From the NCBI RefSeq assembly GCF_001194135.2, contig NC_068989.1:27947398-28001581 (forward strand): a DNA stretch of 54,184 nucleotides. The letters are read 5' to 3'. Positions 1 through 12,924 of this stretch are shown in pieces. Origin of the DNA: Octopus bimaculoides. Lineage: Eukaryota. Numbering within the stretch: position 1 is the stretch's first letter; each line of letters starts with the position of its first letter. The translations under genes and the position numbers were made by a program. Under the pieces are notes generated by a model that saw nothing but the letters and a program-made list of their open reading frames with translations, searched no databases and was not told the origin of the DNA.

Positions 1-33
1 TATATTTATATACATATATATATATATTTGTAT

Positions 34-710
34 TTGGGGATGGTCATGTTGCCAGTTTAGCCAATAACAACACACGCACTATATATTTGGTGTTAATTTG
101 CTTCAGCTTTATATTACATTAATCGTATTTCAGCCAGAGTTCTTTCGTCATACTTCTGTGACCTCATCAGTGGTCCTTTGCTTTCTTCTTTCGTATTTGT
201 GTGTCCCTCCTTAGAAACGATCAGCCATTTTGTATTTTGTATTCCTATTGTATGTGTCTATATTTGCGTATGTGTCTCTATGTGTGTCTATGTTTGTCTA
301 TGTTTAGTAAGTGCATGTGTGTGCATGGGGAGTGCCTGTATTATCTGTTTCCCCTGTTTATAAATGATCGTTTAATTTAATTCGTTTTTATTTATTTGTT
401 CATGTGTTTATACCTACTCTTTTTGTATTTAACTTAATTTTGTTAACATATGTAATTATTTAATTCCATTTGTTTATCTGTGCATTGTATTATATTTTGT
501 TCATATTGTTATCAGTTTATGGGGATTTTATTGTCATATGTTGTGGTTTGTTGGGGTGTGTGCTAGTGTTCCTTTCCAGTTTCCTATTTAGGCTAGGTTT
601 ATCTTCTATTATGTGTGTAGCTTCTGTAATTTGTCTAAGCGCTGCGTCTGTTCTATGTGTGGACAAGATTTTAATTTCTATGTTGTTGAGTGAGCCTCCG
701 TGTATATATA
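34..710 (-). mobile_element. Penelope-like element 3' fragment (GIY-YIG C-terminus plus 3' terminal repeat region)
   Basis: Minus-strand frame ending at 517 reads IKILSTHRTDAALRQITEATHIIEDKPSLNRKLE, resembling the R(K/Q)IxEAxxI...PxLN C-terminal motif of Penelope endonucleases. A hammerhead motif follows downstream at 134-173. Confidence 0.6.
134..173 (-). ncRNA. Minimal type I hammerhead ribozyme motif
   Basis: Minus strand reads CCA-CUGAUGA-G-GUCA-cagaagua-UGAC-GAAA-G-aa-CUC-UGG. Stem I CCA/UGG, stem II GUCA/UGAC, 2-bp stem III, CUC cleavage triplet. Confidence 0.6.
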
Positions 711-714
711 TATA

Positions 715-881
<167 letters not shown>

Positions 882-1639
882 ATTGATAGATAGGCATTAT
901 ATGTCAATAGACATACATGAATGATACACAATACTCAATGTTGACATAATTGTATTGATGTCACAGAAATTAATGTTGTGTATCTACCTGTAATATCATC
1001 TTTCTTCAATCTTATGCGAACGTTTACAAAGATAATAAATAACTGTACATAAATCGTTGAAATATTTTCTAAACGTATTGGGATTATGTAAAATATTGCC
1101 TGTAGAGGAAATCGGTGAACCTTGTATTGTTATGTATCAAAGAAGATGTAATAGAAGCGCATGACAAACGGAAAATAATGAAAACCTCTATAATGTTTAT
1201 TGACCGGTGAAAATTAAGTGCTAAATCTCACTTAACTTACTACTGTGTCCAAAAAGTAATACTACCTTATATTTAGAAGGCAAAATAGAAAAAATATTCA
1301 ATTCAAATTTTGGCTCTAGGTCAGCTATTTCTGGGGCGGAGATATATTGATTACATCGACCCCAGCGTCCAACTGTATATTAATATTTTTCGACACTAAA
1401 AAGTTGAAGGAAAAAGTCGACGAAATTTGGACTCAGAACGTAAAGACCGACCAATTGCCGCAGGCTAATTTTGCCGTTGCATGAACGACTCTGCTAGCAC
1501 ACCACCTTTGCAAAACTGAAAATATTAACAGTTGAAAAGAGGGCATGCTGGCTGAACGTCATACTTATTGTCATACATGAACGTCATACATGGGGACTAC
1601 TAGCTGAACGACATACTTATTGTCTCTATTCTTTCGTAG

Positions 1640-2318
1640 TAACTGCCATGTATACTCGGTCGGTTGTTGGAAATAAGGTAAAGGAAGACTCGTCCGAGAA
1701 AACATTCTACCACTGCTCTATGGACCAATTCTGTAGGGTTTTACTCCACTCTAAACGCTTGCAACGTTTGTTTTTTGAAAGCAGTGGTTTTTTTTATTAC
1801 AGCCCTTTGTGCCATTCCTGGCGAACAGTTTTTGTGGAAACTGGGTTCTCGAGGTGATGATTAAACTCTGCAGTAATTTTGGAAGCTGTGCTTTTGTGAT
1901 CGTTTCTAACAATTCGCATAAGAGTCCGACTGTCTCTATCTGAAAGTTTTGGATTTCTTCCGGACTTTTGGTTCGACGAAGAGGCTTTTCCCTCTTTATC
2001 AAAGGTTGTCATTACTTTCGAGTCAGTACTTCTTGATACACCAAACATTTTGGCTGTTTTCGTTATGCTAGCGCCTACCATACGAGCACCAACAATTTGA
2101 CCTGTTTGAAAGTCCGATAGATCTGTCATTTTAATGATTTTTAATTACTTTTTTCTGATGATATCTGAAAAGAAACGGCAATTTCAGCAAAACATATTTA
2201 GCAACACTAATAATAAATCAAAAGGCATAATAATAAACAAGCTTTTGACGGTTTTCTAGATATTACAAAATTATGATGCTATGATGCAAGGTGTTTCCAT
2301 TATTTTGTCCAACCACTG
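1640..2318 (-). mobile_element. Tc1-family DNA transposon, 3'-truncated and decayed
   Basis: Minus strand starts TA|CAGTGGTTGGACAAAATAATGGAAAC (Tc1-type TIR, TA at 2319-2320). ORF 1797-2129 encodes the HTH region (DLSDFQTGQIVGARMVGASITKTAK...SGRNPKLSDRD). A shifted frame then gives KRLEWSK...VFSDESSF (first D of DDE). Confidence 0.9.
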
Positions 2319-2648
2319 TATATGTGTGTGTGTGTGTGTATTTATAAACATATAAATGTTTTTATATGTATATACATGTATATATGTAAATATACATATC
2401 AATATATATATATATATATATATATACATATGCATATATATATATATATATTATATAAAAGAGTTCCAAATCTGTCTGTTTTTTTATGTTTTATTTATAT
2501 TCTTATAAAATTAATGTGGGATATAGAATATGGAATATATAATATAAATAGTAAAATGAAATGAAGTATTGAATGTTTTATTGAATATATGAAATATTGA
2601 GTATTAAATATATAAGGGCTAGTATACTTTCATGCCTCATAGCATCCA

Positions 2649-2694
2649 TCAAGGTCCCGTCTGACAGATGTACATCTGTCAGACGGGACCTTGA
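2649..2694. repeat. Perfect 46-bp palindrome
   Basis: TCAAGGTCCCGTCTGACAGATGT|ACATCTGTCAGACGGGACCTTGA equals its own reverse complement. Confidence 0.97.
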
Positions 2695-3653
2695 ATCGAC
2701 TACTCTTTGTCATACCAACACTTGTCCTATATTTTTTCTTCGCGCACTTTGGCTGACTCGGATAGAAGGAAAGCAGAAACAGCACCGTCAACATTGGAAC
2801 ATATAATCGAGCAAACTAAAAATTGTAATCTATTTAGTCCAGTTATGACATCAAACATTTCCCTTTCTATTCATAATTATTTCTAAACTGTTACTCATGC
2901 GGTTAACAATTTGAGAAAGGGTTTATTTGATTACATCAATCATAGTACTTGACTAGTACTTCATGTTATTGGGCTCAAAATTATGAAAATTATGAGTTGA
3001 TTTAGAGGTGATTTGAACTCGTATGCTGTGGTCCCAGAATATATATTGCAATTTATTACGTGCAACGTTCTATCGATTCATCCAATCTCCTCTTCGCTCT
3101 AAAAATGTTTTATAATTGAAGAATAGTGCCGGTAAATTATTAATCTATCGTCACCGAAAGAGTGAAAGACAAGTCGGAAGAAGTATCACAAGGCAATTCC
3201 TAAAACATAAACGATTCTGGTCAGGCAACACCCTTATTCGCCCTAATAATTACATAATGCTTAATGAAGTTTTTTGAAGTTTTCTGAATTATCCAACAGC
3301 GTTTGTACTTCTTGCTGTAACAGCCTCGAAACTTAATTGTTCTGTTTTTCTTTTGTGTATGAAAGTCCATTGTGATTTCTCACTATATAACTAATCTTAC
3401 TTTAGATATAGTAAAATGCAATATGGTTCATATCGGTTACGCTGGCATAGAGAAATTAAAACAACAGAGTGGTAGTGAGTGTCAGACAAAGATGCTCAAT
3501 GCAGGAGAACTGTAGTGAAAGGTTTTACTCAGAAGTCGTTGTGCAAACTTTTATCGCAAGTAAATTTTACTTTAACAATTTCACACACACTCGCGTGCAG
3601 GTACATATTCCATGTAACATATATTGTGTTCAATATGCCGTTCACGTAACATT

Positions 3654-3688
<35 letters not shown>

Positions 3689-3909
3689 NNNNNNNNNNNN
3701 NNNNNNNNNNNNNNNNNNNNNNNNNNNNNNNNNNNNNNNNNNNNNNNNNNNNNNNNNNNNNNNNNNNNNNNNNNNNNNNNNNNNNNNNNNNNNNNNNNNN
3801 NNNNNNNNNNNNNNNNNNNNNNNNNNNNNNNNNNNNNNNNNNNNNNNNNNNNNNNNNNNNNNNNNNNNNNNNNNNNNNNNNNNNNNNNNNNNNNNNNNNN
3901 NNNNNNNNN

Positions 3910-3942
<33 letters not shown>

Positions 3943-3963
3943 CAGAGAGAGGGAAGGTGAGAG

Positions 3964-3998
<35 letters not shown>

Positions 3999-4430
3999 TA
4001 TATATAATGATGCAAATAATGAAATAAAATTGCTTTCGTTACATATACAATTGAGAAAGACATCTCCTGTGCATCAAATCGCAGTCGACCGGCAAACAAG
4101 CAAAGCACAAACATTGTGTATGAGTGTTTGATAATGTTTGTATAAATGTGTGTGTGTGTGCATCGGTATAGATGTGTGTATGTATATGCTTATTTGTAAT
4201 TGTCTCTACTCTATATATTAAGAAGCTCTGTTAACATATTTCCTCCGTTTTGTGTTATTAATCTTTACTTAATCTTGTGTTAATCTTTCCTAATGAGCGA
4301 ATTTTTACTAGGTCAGTTGCGACCTATCTACAACCATCTTTTAATTGCAGCTTGCTATATGCATGTGTGAATTATGTTTCATCTATGACTGCATATGTAA
4401 TTTTGTATAATATAGGCTACATTATAAATA

Positions 4431-5283
4431 CGAGGCAGTATTAAAAAGTTCCCGGACTAGTTCGTAGCGCGCCAACAGATAGCAGCACGCGATTGCGTGC
4501 GCAGTGATTTTCATGAGGCAGTGTGCTGTGTTACATTGCTGTGTTTATTTCGCAAGTTGTGAAATTTGTGTTGTTGTGATCACGTGTATGCTGTAGTCTG
4601 CGGTTTTTGTCATGGACAGGAAGCTGGAGCAAAGAGCTAATGTAAAATTTTGCTTTAAACTTGGGAAATCTTCGACAGAGATATTGAGAATGCTTCGACA
4701 AGCGTGCAGAAACAAGGCAATGAATTGTACGCAATGATTCGAGTGACGCAGGCGCTTCAAAAGCGGAAACACGTCCCTAATCGTTTTTTCAATATACGCG
4801 GTATTGTGCATCAACATTTCGACCCCCATAGCCAAACCGTCAATCGAAAGTTCTACTGCGACATTTTGAAACGTTTCAGCGATCTGTAGAGCGTGAGGAA
4901 TTGGATTCTTCACGATGACAATGAACCCTGCCAACGAACTCTACTCACTCGTGAGTTTCTTGCCAAAACAACATGTTATCGCTCGCGCACCCGCCCTATT
5001 CGCCAGATTTAGCACCTGCAGACTTCCATCTCTTCCTCAAGATGAAAATGCAGCTCAAAGGTAATGTTTTTAACACCGTTGTCGAGGTTCAGAGTAAATC
5101 GCAGGTCTTCGACTCGCTTATGGAAAACGACTGCCAGCCCTGATTACAAAAGTGGCAGGAATGCTAGAACCGGTGTGTTACTGCGCAAGATGACTCTTCC
5201 GAAGATGATGTTAAAACTTAGGGTAACTAAGATATTTTTTTTATTAAACATATCTAGTCCGGGAACTCTTTGATACAACCTCG
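4431..5283 (+). mobile_element. Internally deleted mariner transposon with both TIRs
   Basis: Left end CGAGGCAGTATTAAAAAGTTCCCGGACTAG matches the reverse complement of the right end CTAGTCCGGGAACTCTTTGATACAACCTCG, with TA on both sides. Transposase remnants: MDRKLEQRANVKFCFKLGKS, FFNIRGIVHQ...TVNRKFYCDIL, WILHDDNEP, HPPYSPDLAPADFHLF. Confidence 0.92.
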
Positions 5284-6083
5284 TATATTGAAATTATTCG
5301 TATAATGAAAAATTGATAAACCCTTTTTCTGTTTTCTGTCTCTGAATTCTCATAAATATTATTTGAAACGCATCAAGTTTAGAAAGTTATTCATTCTACT
5401 ATTAGTTCGTATATGAAAAGAAAATGCAACAAATTTTCTTTTAACAGTAAGTTTGTGTGAATTACAAGTGTTTTATATAAAGGGACACATACACAAGTTT
5501 CCATATATAAATGGTAGTAATTTTTTCCATATCGAAGTTCGATAAGCTGAAGAAAGTCATTTCATTGTTCACGGTTTGCAACTGGGTTTGTAATGTTTGC
5601 TAATAAAAATACAGATTTAGGGAATGGAGGAGCTAATATCCAGGCTATATGTTTCCTAGCTAGCAGACCCTCAGAAGTAGTAACTACTCAACGAGAGATA
5701 CTTCACTAGCTACTCATCAAGCCGAAGATACCCTTGTTAAATTAAGGTTACATTGTCGTCAAGGAATCCCAAGTTATAATAACTCGCAGAAGATTTGATC
5801 GAAAAAGAGTGGAAAACACGGGATGAGAGAACACGATAGGCATGAAGAAATAATGAAATAATATATGAGAGTGGACAAATGTTTAAAAAGAATATATATA
5901 TATATNNNNNNNNNNTATATACATATATACATACACGAGTGAGTAGAAAGTTTGATTCCTTGGTAATCTGAGTTTCCGGTGTGTGGCGAGTCTTCGGCCA
6001 TTGGGGTCTGAATGATGAATGAGAGTTCGACTGAAGAGAATCAATGTTTACTACTGGACGTTAGTCTGCGGTTGTTCAAGAAA

Positions 6084-6315
6084 GGTCACGCGGTATAGCA
6101 GTTTGATGTTGGCATTTCAGCGATGCTCCTATACTTTCAAATACATGTACATATATACATATATACCCCCACATCTACTGCCTCTTCCTACTTCTGCCCA
6201 AGCACACAACCGAGTTCTTGTCCACTATGCGGTCGATTTCCTGTTTACCATGCGATATTTTCCAAGTAATTGTTGTCGCTAAAATACCAACATGAAACTG
6301 TTATACCGCGTGACC
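6084..6315. mobile_element. MITE-like element with 40-bp terminal inverted repeats
   Basis: 6084-6123 (GGTCACGCGGTATAGCAGTTTGATGTTGGCATTTCAGCGA) matches the reverse complement of 6276-6315 with about 4 mismatches. The interior is non-coding and no clear TSD is visible. Confidence 0.55.
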
Positions 6316-7831
6316 AAGTGTTAGGGACGCTTTAGCCACAGAAAGTACATATTCTATTGAACTAACAGGGGAGATAACCTCCCCACTGCAATGAGGTGCA
6401 TTTGATTAGCATGCTAATCTCGCATAGAAGTTAATGCTCATCAGTAATGCTTACTCCATTTTGCGTCGTAAAACTGAACTTTCGCCAGTCAGTATTCTTA
6501 GAATTTACCATAGGAATGAGTGGCTGATTGCACAAAATGGTAATGCGAAAGTTTTAAAATAATTAAGGCTAGCTGGCTGAATGCTAAGCTTACCTCACAA
6601 ACCATCGATAACAGAATCGTAGAGCGATCTACGCCATTCCTCAATGTTAATGGGTCAAGGAAGTACATGTTTTGTTTTACTAACAGAACTCAAATCTCAT
6701 TGAAATCTAAGAATTCAACTGATCTACAGAATTCAAGAACTGAAGGCTTCATAAGATGCCATCATCTGGACAAATATCTGCTATCAAACCATAGAACACC
6801 ACCCGCTCCAATTTTGCCATACTGTCTTGCAAACTTTAGCTATTCTGTATCAGACGAATCCCACCCACCATTGTTAATTCCCCTTCTAACGCACCAATGG
6901 GACAGGACTCATATCACTGCCCTCCAAGCTGTCTTTTTCTAGTAATTTCTTGTCCTTTATCATTTTTTTCTCAGAGATCAGCCATCTTTATTTAGAGCCT
7001 GAAAGATTGTTTGTCAAATGATATTTATCTCTCTTTGAATGGGTAGTTTTCGTTGATTCTACCAACAACGAAACAGTACACTGTATATGTATGTGTGTGC
7101 GTGTATTACATCTGTGTGTTATGTAAAGCTCGTCATATACACCCAAACGCATATGTCTGTGAGTATGTGAACGTATATGTGTATGTGTAAACACATAAAC
7201 TTACATATATTTATGTAAAAAGTAAAAGTTTATATAAGAGTGCATTTAAATGAAAACATCTGCTGCTCTCAATATTCATTGTTTTCTAAAGCTTCCCTTA
7301 CATCAAAAACTAACCGTGATAGTTTTCAGGTGACAAATTCAAATTATTCAATAAAATGTGAGAAAAAAGCATCTCGAGGGGATTAATATATGTTGTTTTG
7401 CATTTTTATTCTCGATATTACGCCATTGACTATTGATAACAAGATACACTATATTATTTTGATATCATGAGGAATATATTATAGTAATATCATAATAGTT
7501 TTATCTTTACACGTGTGTTTGTGTTTGTGTATTTGTGTGTATGTGAGTGTGCATGCGTGTGGGGGGGGTGACAGCAAAAAACTGAGTTGTTGTTTGACGA
7601 AAGATTAAGTATGATCAAGAAAATATCACGCTACAATGCTGTAACTTATGGAAGGTGCTAGTAAAACAGAGTTTCTAAATTAAACATCAACCAATATACA
7701 ATGCTGGATCCAGTGAAGTTGATGGTCTAGCCACTGTCAAGAGCGGAGAATTCAACGTTGAGTGTACAACGATACTTAAGTTGTGAACTTATACTTTAGG
7801 AAGCGGAAGACGTCAAGAGGAGAAATAATCA

Positions 7832-7883
<52 letters not shown>

Positions 7884-10243
7884 TCTATGTATGTGAGCAT
7901 CAAAGGCACGTACCCTACTATATAAGGTGATGGATTGGCTAACTCGGGATATGGAGCAAGTTAATCATTTTCATGTTGCTCCAGTCTGCTTAGCAGAAAA
8001 TAGATGAGCTCAATGCCTGTGCAACGATCACCCAATTTATCACATCCTCAACGTTTCTTTGGGTGTGGGAGGAATGACAGAATTTCTATGTCTACTTGTG
8101 TCTGCATAGGTACCTAAGACAGTTAACGAAAGCAGGGTGCAAACTATCATGTCATACTCGATTGTCACATATTTGTAGCGAGTCTGATCGGGTCGAAGAA
8201 AATACAGGAAGAGACACAAAACCACAGAAAAAGAACAATCCACATCCATACAGTGGAGAGGAAAAGACAAAAGCTGCAAAGCTAAAAATACCCAAAACAG
8301 ACGCTAAGTCACCCTCACGTCCACAAACACCTGAAACACTACTTCGACCAACACCACCGCAAACACAACCCGTCCCACATACGCAACAACAAAGCAATAG
8401 CAGCAGAAGCAAATACAAATAAAGGCAGTACCATTATAAACTACACGCATCTCTTCCGTATCTCTCTTGGTGTTCGTCTCTCTTGCAAACTGATCGTACA
8501 TTTTTTCTCTTTCCATGTTGTTTCTTTTTTGTGCTATTTTCTTCTTTAAGTTTTCTTTCTTTAAACTGTTATCAGTTTTGATGACGCTGGACTTCTTCAC
8601 ATGTTCCCACAATGGTTCCACGGTATCTTTTACATACCACCCTAAGCTGTTTTCCTCTGCTTCGATACAGTCCTTCCCTTAGCCTTTCCTCTGGACAAGT
8701 ACAGCCCATCGGTGTCACTCTTAGGGTAGAAGGCGCTGTGCACTGTCAATATTTTTCTTGTCTTCGTATTCATTTTCATCAGTTCTTACTTTTGCCACTT
8801 TATGATTCCAGCTCCATACCGAAGTGATGCTATCGCCCATATATTAACTGCTTGAATTCTTATTATTACTATCATCATTGTCATTACTATCAAGAGTTTT
8901 AAAGGTGTTACTACCGTTGATTTTATTATTATTAATAGTTCTAGTATACTTCCTATTCATCATAATATCATTGGTTCCACTAACAATATGAGTATGAGCA
9001 TTAGCGTTACTACTATTATCATTTATCTCTTAATAGCATATAGGGCCTCCATAGCTCTTACAATTTTCAACATTCCCTTATTAATCATAATTATTTTAAA
9101 TTCCTAGGTATTGCTTTAGCTACTGAAACAGTATGGTTTTGATTGATATTTTTTCTAAATAATATGGTGGCAATTGTGCTTGGGAAACGTTACGAAATCG
9201 TTTTCCGTCTATTTCTCGTGTTTATCGGTTCTGTTTTTCTTTCTAAGTTAAACTCTGGCCTTTCAACTGATATATTCTTTGCAACTAATCAACTTATATC
9301 TACATATTTTGTTGCTCAACCAACATAAATTAAAAGATTTATAAATGTATAACACGGTTCATTATTTACACAAATTATATTATTCTAAGGTACATATTTA
9401 TGTAATTGTCCATGCTAGTGCATGGGCCTCTTTCACTCTACTTGATTTATCTAATTTACCTTTTCCTCTTTATCCTTCTTTACTTTCCCTATCTTCCAGA
9501 ATTTCAGAGAACTTAGCTGATCTGCGGTTTTGCACTAAATTATTATCCCTTGGTGGATTTCCATTCAGTGATGCTAATATTCTATTCATTCAGTAATATA
9601 CTTTCTGAACAAGTTTATCAAGATTAATTAAGTGAATGAATAACTAACGTTCACTTTGAAGTAATGTTAAACAATAATGATTTTAGAGCAGCGTCGGCAG
9701 CTGACTTTGAACGTGTTTTGATAGAGTCAAATGTCATGCTTTGCGCCTATTATCTGCTGTATTCAAATAAGTTCTGACACTACTGGCCTTTGATATTAAT
9801 GCCTTTCTTTGTATATGCGACTTTATTCAACCACCTTAAATTTATTAAATTTAGTAATTCTGATTAGAAATATCACTTGTTGATTAACCAAGAAGTTACA
9901 GCTCAATTGTTTTCTTTGGTAGCCTGCTGAGTTGGGAGTTATATAACATATTACATAATGTATCTAATTGCATTACGCTTGTCACAATAAAGACTCCTAC
10001 TGAAATAATTGTAGCAATACCAGATAACTTATTTGCCTGTTTTTGTTTATGTTATGCTTTTACACCACGCTTCAGTTTCCATTGGATAGTTTTGGATACT
10101 ATTGGAACTGTGGATTACCTAACACGTACCTTCCCTCATCGATGCATTCCGTACTAAAATAATGAATTACTTAGCTGTCTGTTTTGCGTTATTCTGTCAA
10201 GCCAATTTGATATGCCTTGATCGTTTATAGATTCTCATATGTG

Positions 10244-10285
<42 letters not shown>

Positions 10286-10415
10286 ATAAAGAGAGAGAGT
10301 GAGAAAGATCGCCCAAATAACGAAAATGAAGAGAAAAAATATCTTATATATCTGAAATTAGTTTCAAAGAAAGACGTGCCAACCACCAATCTTCTTTCCA
10401 ACACGTAGACAAAAA

Positions 10416-10425
10416 GATAGATAGG

Positions 10426-10503
<78 letters not shown>

Positions 10504-10530
10504 CACAAACAGAAAAGCAGACAGAAAGAC

Positions 10531-10600
<70 letters not shown>
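10416..10600. repeat. (GATA)n microsatellite, interrupted
   Basis: Directly visible. Similar (GATA)n tracts occur near 27183-27294, 35157-35232 and 38837-38902. Confidence 0.97.
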
Positions 10601-10602
<2 letters not shown>

Positions 10603-10712
10603 TGTAGTGGATGCATAAAAACAAAATGTTTGATAGTTCTATATTTAAGAGATGAGGAATTATGTACATTATTTACATTTGACAGATATTTGTCCTCATC
10701 TTGTTTGTTGTT

Positions 10713-10758
10713 AACACAACGTTTCGGCTCATATTCGCTCCGGCCTTCATCAGATGTC
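10713..10758 (-). ncRNA. Minimal type I hammerhead ribozyme motif
   Basis: Minus strand reads GACAU-CUGAUGA-A-GGC-cggagcgaauauga-GCC-GAAACGUU-GUGUU. Stem I GACAU/GUGUU, stem II GGC/GCC, palindromic ACGU helix III, GUU triplet. Confidence 0.6.
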
Positions 10759-10959
10759 TTGGGGAAATTTCGAACCTGGGTTCTCGTTCCTAAGGCATAT
10801 TTCGATGTTGTTCTTGTTGTTGTTGTTGTTGTTGTTGTTATTCTTCTTCTTCTTCTTCTTCTTCTTCTTCTTCTTCTTCTTCTAATTACTATTATTATTA
10901 TAAATATTATTATTATTATTATTATTATTATTNNNNNNNNNNTCGATTCCAGGCAGTGA

Positions 10960-11031
<72 letters not shown>

Positions 11032-11083
11032 TAATAACAACATTGAAAAATACCTTAGGAACCCAGGTTCGAAATTTACCCAA

Positions 11084-11129
11084 GACAGCTGATGAATGCT
11101 TGAGGGTATACCAGCCGAAACTTTGTATT
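11084..11129 (+). ncRNA. Degenerate hammerhead motif (decayed sister copy)
   Basis: GACAG-CUGAUGA-A-UGCUUgaggguauacCAGCC-GAAACUUU-GUAUU. The core boxes are intact, but stems I and III carry mismatches. Confidence 0.35.
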
Positions 11130-11542
11130 AACAACAGACAAGATGAGGACAAATATGCGTCAAATGTAAGTAATGTAAATAATGTAAATAATGTAAATAA
11201 TGAACAAAATATTTCTCTTGTTTTATCAATTAAGAGCTGAATGTTTATTTAATAGCTTAAGAACTGATAAATATTTATACAATAAATTTCATCATTCTGC
11301 AGTTGCATTTACACAAACGCACTACCTTCGATTTGCATCCATGCAAATATATAGCATACACATATGTACAGAGAAACAAATAAAAGGGTGGGGTGGAAAT
11401 AAGGGAGAGTTAAAGAAATCGTATTATGACTTGGCTGGAAAATTGAACATATGGTGTTTCCCAAATATATATATAATTATAGTAAGTCTTTGAAAACACT
11501 ATCGAAAAGATATAACTATTCGATTGAGATATTTCATCCAGA

Positions 11543-11593
<51 letters not shown>

Positions 11594-12628
11594 ACAAAAT
11601 TATAATATATTTAACCATTTATAGACGTATGTTCAAAATACGTCTATGTGCCCGCCTGTTTTGCAGCTAACGATCAGTTCAGTTACTTCCGGAGAACCGG
11701 AAATACATTCTTTCTTTCTTGGTCAATTGAACACATAGCATCTACTAATGAAAAATTTTGATCATAGTTCTTGCTTACCTTTTGTTATGACGTAAGCTAA
11801 ATTGAGAACAACAAAATTGGAAATCTATATTCTTTCTTCGAACTAACAGACCAGACATAATGCAGTCATTCTTACAATAGGTATGTGGCAATAATACCAC
11901 ACGATTTATTGACAAAAGACCAAAAACACTTTTTTAATTATTTCTAAGTCGCGAAATGCCAAAATATCATTATTTCAGTTGAGATTGTGCTCAACTTTTT
12001 TTCTTTTTCTCTTTATTATTTTGTAATCACTGTCATTATCACGAACGATTCGGTTTTAACTTAACATTATGAATCTCATTCAAACATCGTTTACTTTTAT
12101 AATTTTCTTGTGCATGTTCTATTTCTGTTTTTGCTTACTGTTTCAACCGCATTTGTAGCAGGACAAATTGTCTTTAATTTCCTTGACTGGATGTAATATT
12201 TCAGTTTGAATGTAACTTTTTACTAATGGATAAAAATTGCTATATAGTCCTCCTTATTGAATATTCTGCACATTACTCTCTATCAACAAGAAGTAAATTC
12301 AGTTTATTTTGTATTCTTTCCCATATCAGTTACTGAAGGCATCAGATATATTTATTTGTTATCATAAAACCTGCTGCATAATTCTTAATAGTAAGTCTTC
12401 CATGCCTCCTACTTTTGACAGCTGCATAATTGTCAGAAAACAATTATATTTTATAAAACTTGCATTATGCATATTCTCAAATATCAGATAAAATCTGAAG
12501 CTCCAGTGTGGAAAACAGTACCTAATTATTTTTCTGTTCTGCGTTTGTTAAATGATAAAATGTTTTGTGATTAAATATTTTTTAATGAAATATTTATTCT
12601 CATCATCTATAATATAAATCCCGTTCTT

Positions 12629-12662
<34 letters not shown>

Positions 12663-12924
12663 TGTGTGTGTGTGTGTGTGTNNNNNNNNNNGTGTGTATG
12701 TGTGTGTGTGTGTGTATGTGTGTGTGTGTGTGCGTGCGTGCGTGCGTGAGTGTGTGTGTGTATGAGTGTGTGTGTGTGCGCGCGCGCGTTTGTGTGTGTG
12801 TAAAAGTTTACAAAGGCGGAATTTTTCAATACATTTTCTCCAAACTGGGAACATACATTACTTATATTCCAAAATGTTTTCATTGTTTACTATCTTCTGC
12901 ACCCGTGTATTTCTGTACATAACC

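Larger units (their letters stand above)
10667..11200. repeat. Head-to-head inverted pair of a short hammerhead-containing repeat around a (TTG/TTC/TTA)n-(AAT)n tract
   Basis: 10667-10795 is the reverse complement of about 11053-11175 (CCTTAGGAAC...CCCAAGACA.CTGATGAA...GCCGAAAC...ACAAGATGAGGACAAATAT..GTCAAATGTAA). The right copy ends in (AATGTAAAT)n. A 10-N gap lies between the copies. Confidence 0.85.

Noticed and set aside
1551-1624. Two 22-bp direct repeats (GCTGAACG.CATACTTATTGTC)
   Set aside because: Only two copies with a partial third; this is a local duplication, not CRISPR-like or otherwise interpretable.
8096-8422. 108-aa K/P/Q/T-rich ORF
   Set aside because: Low complexity, no recognisable domain and no convincing splice context.
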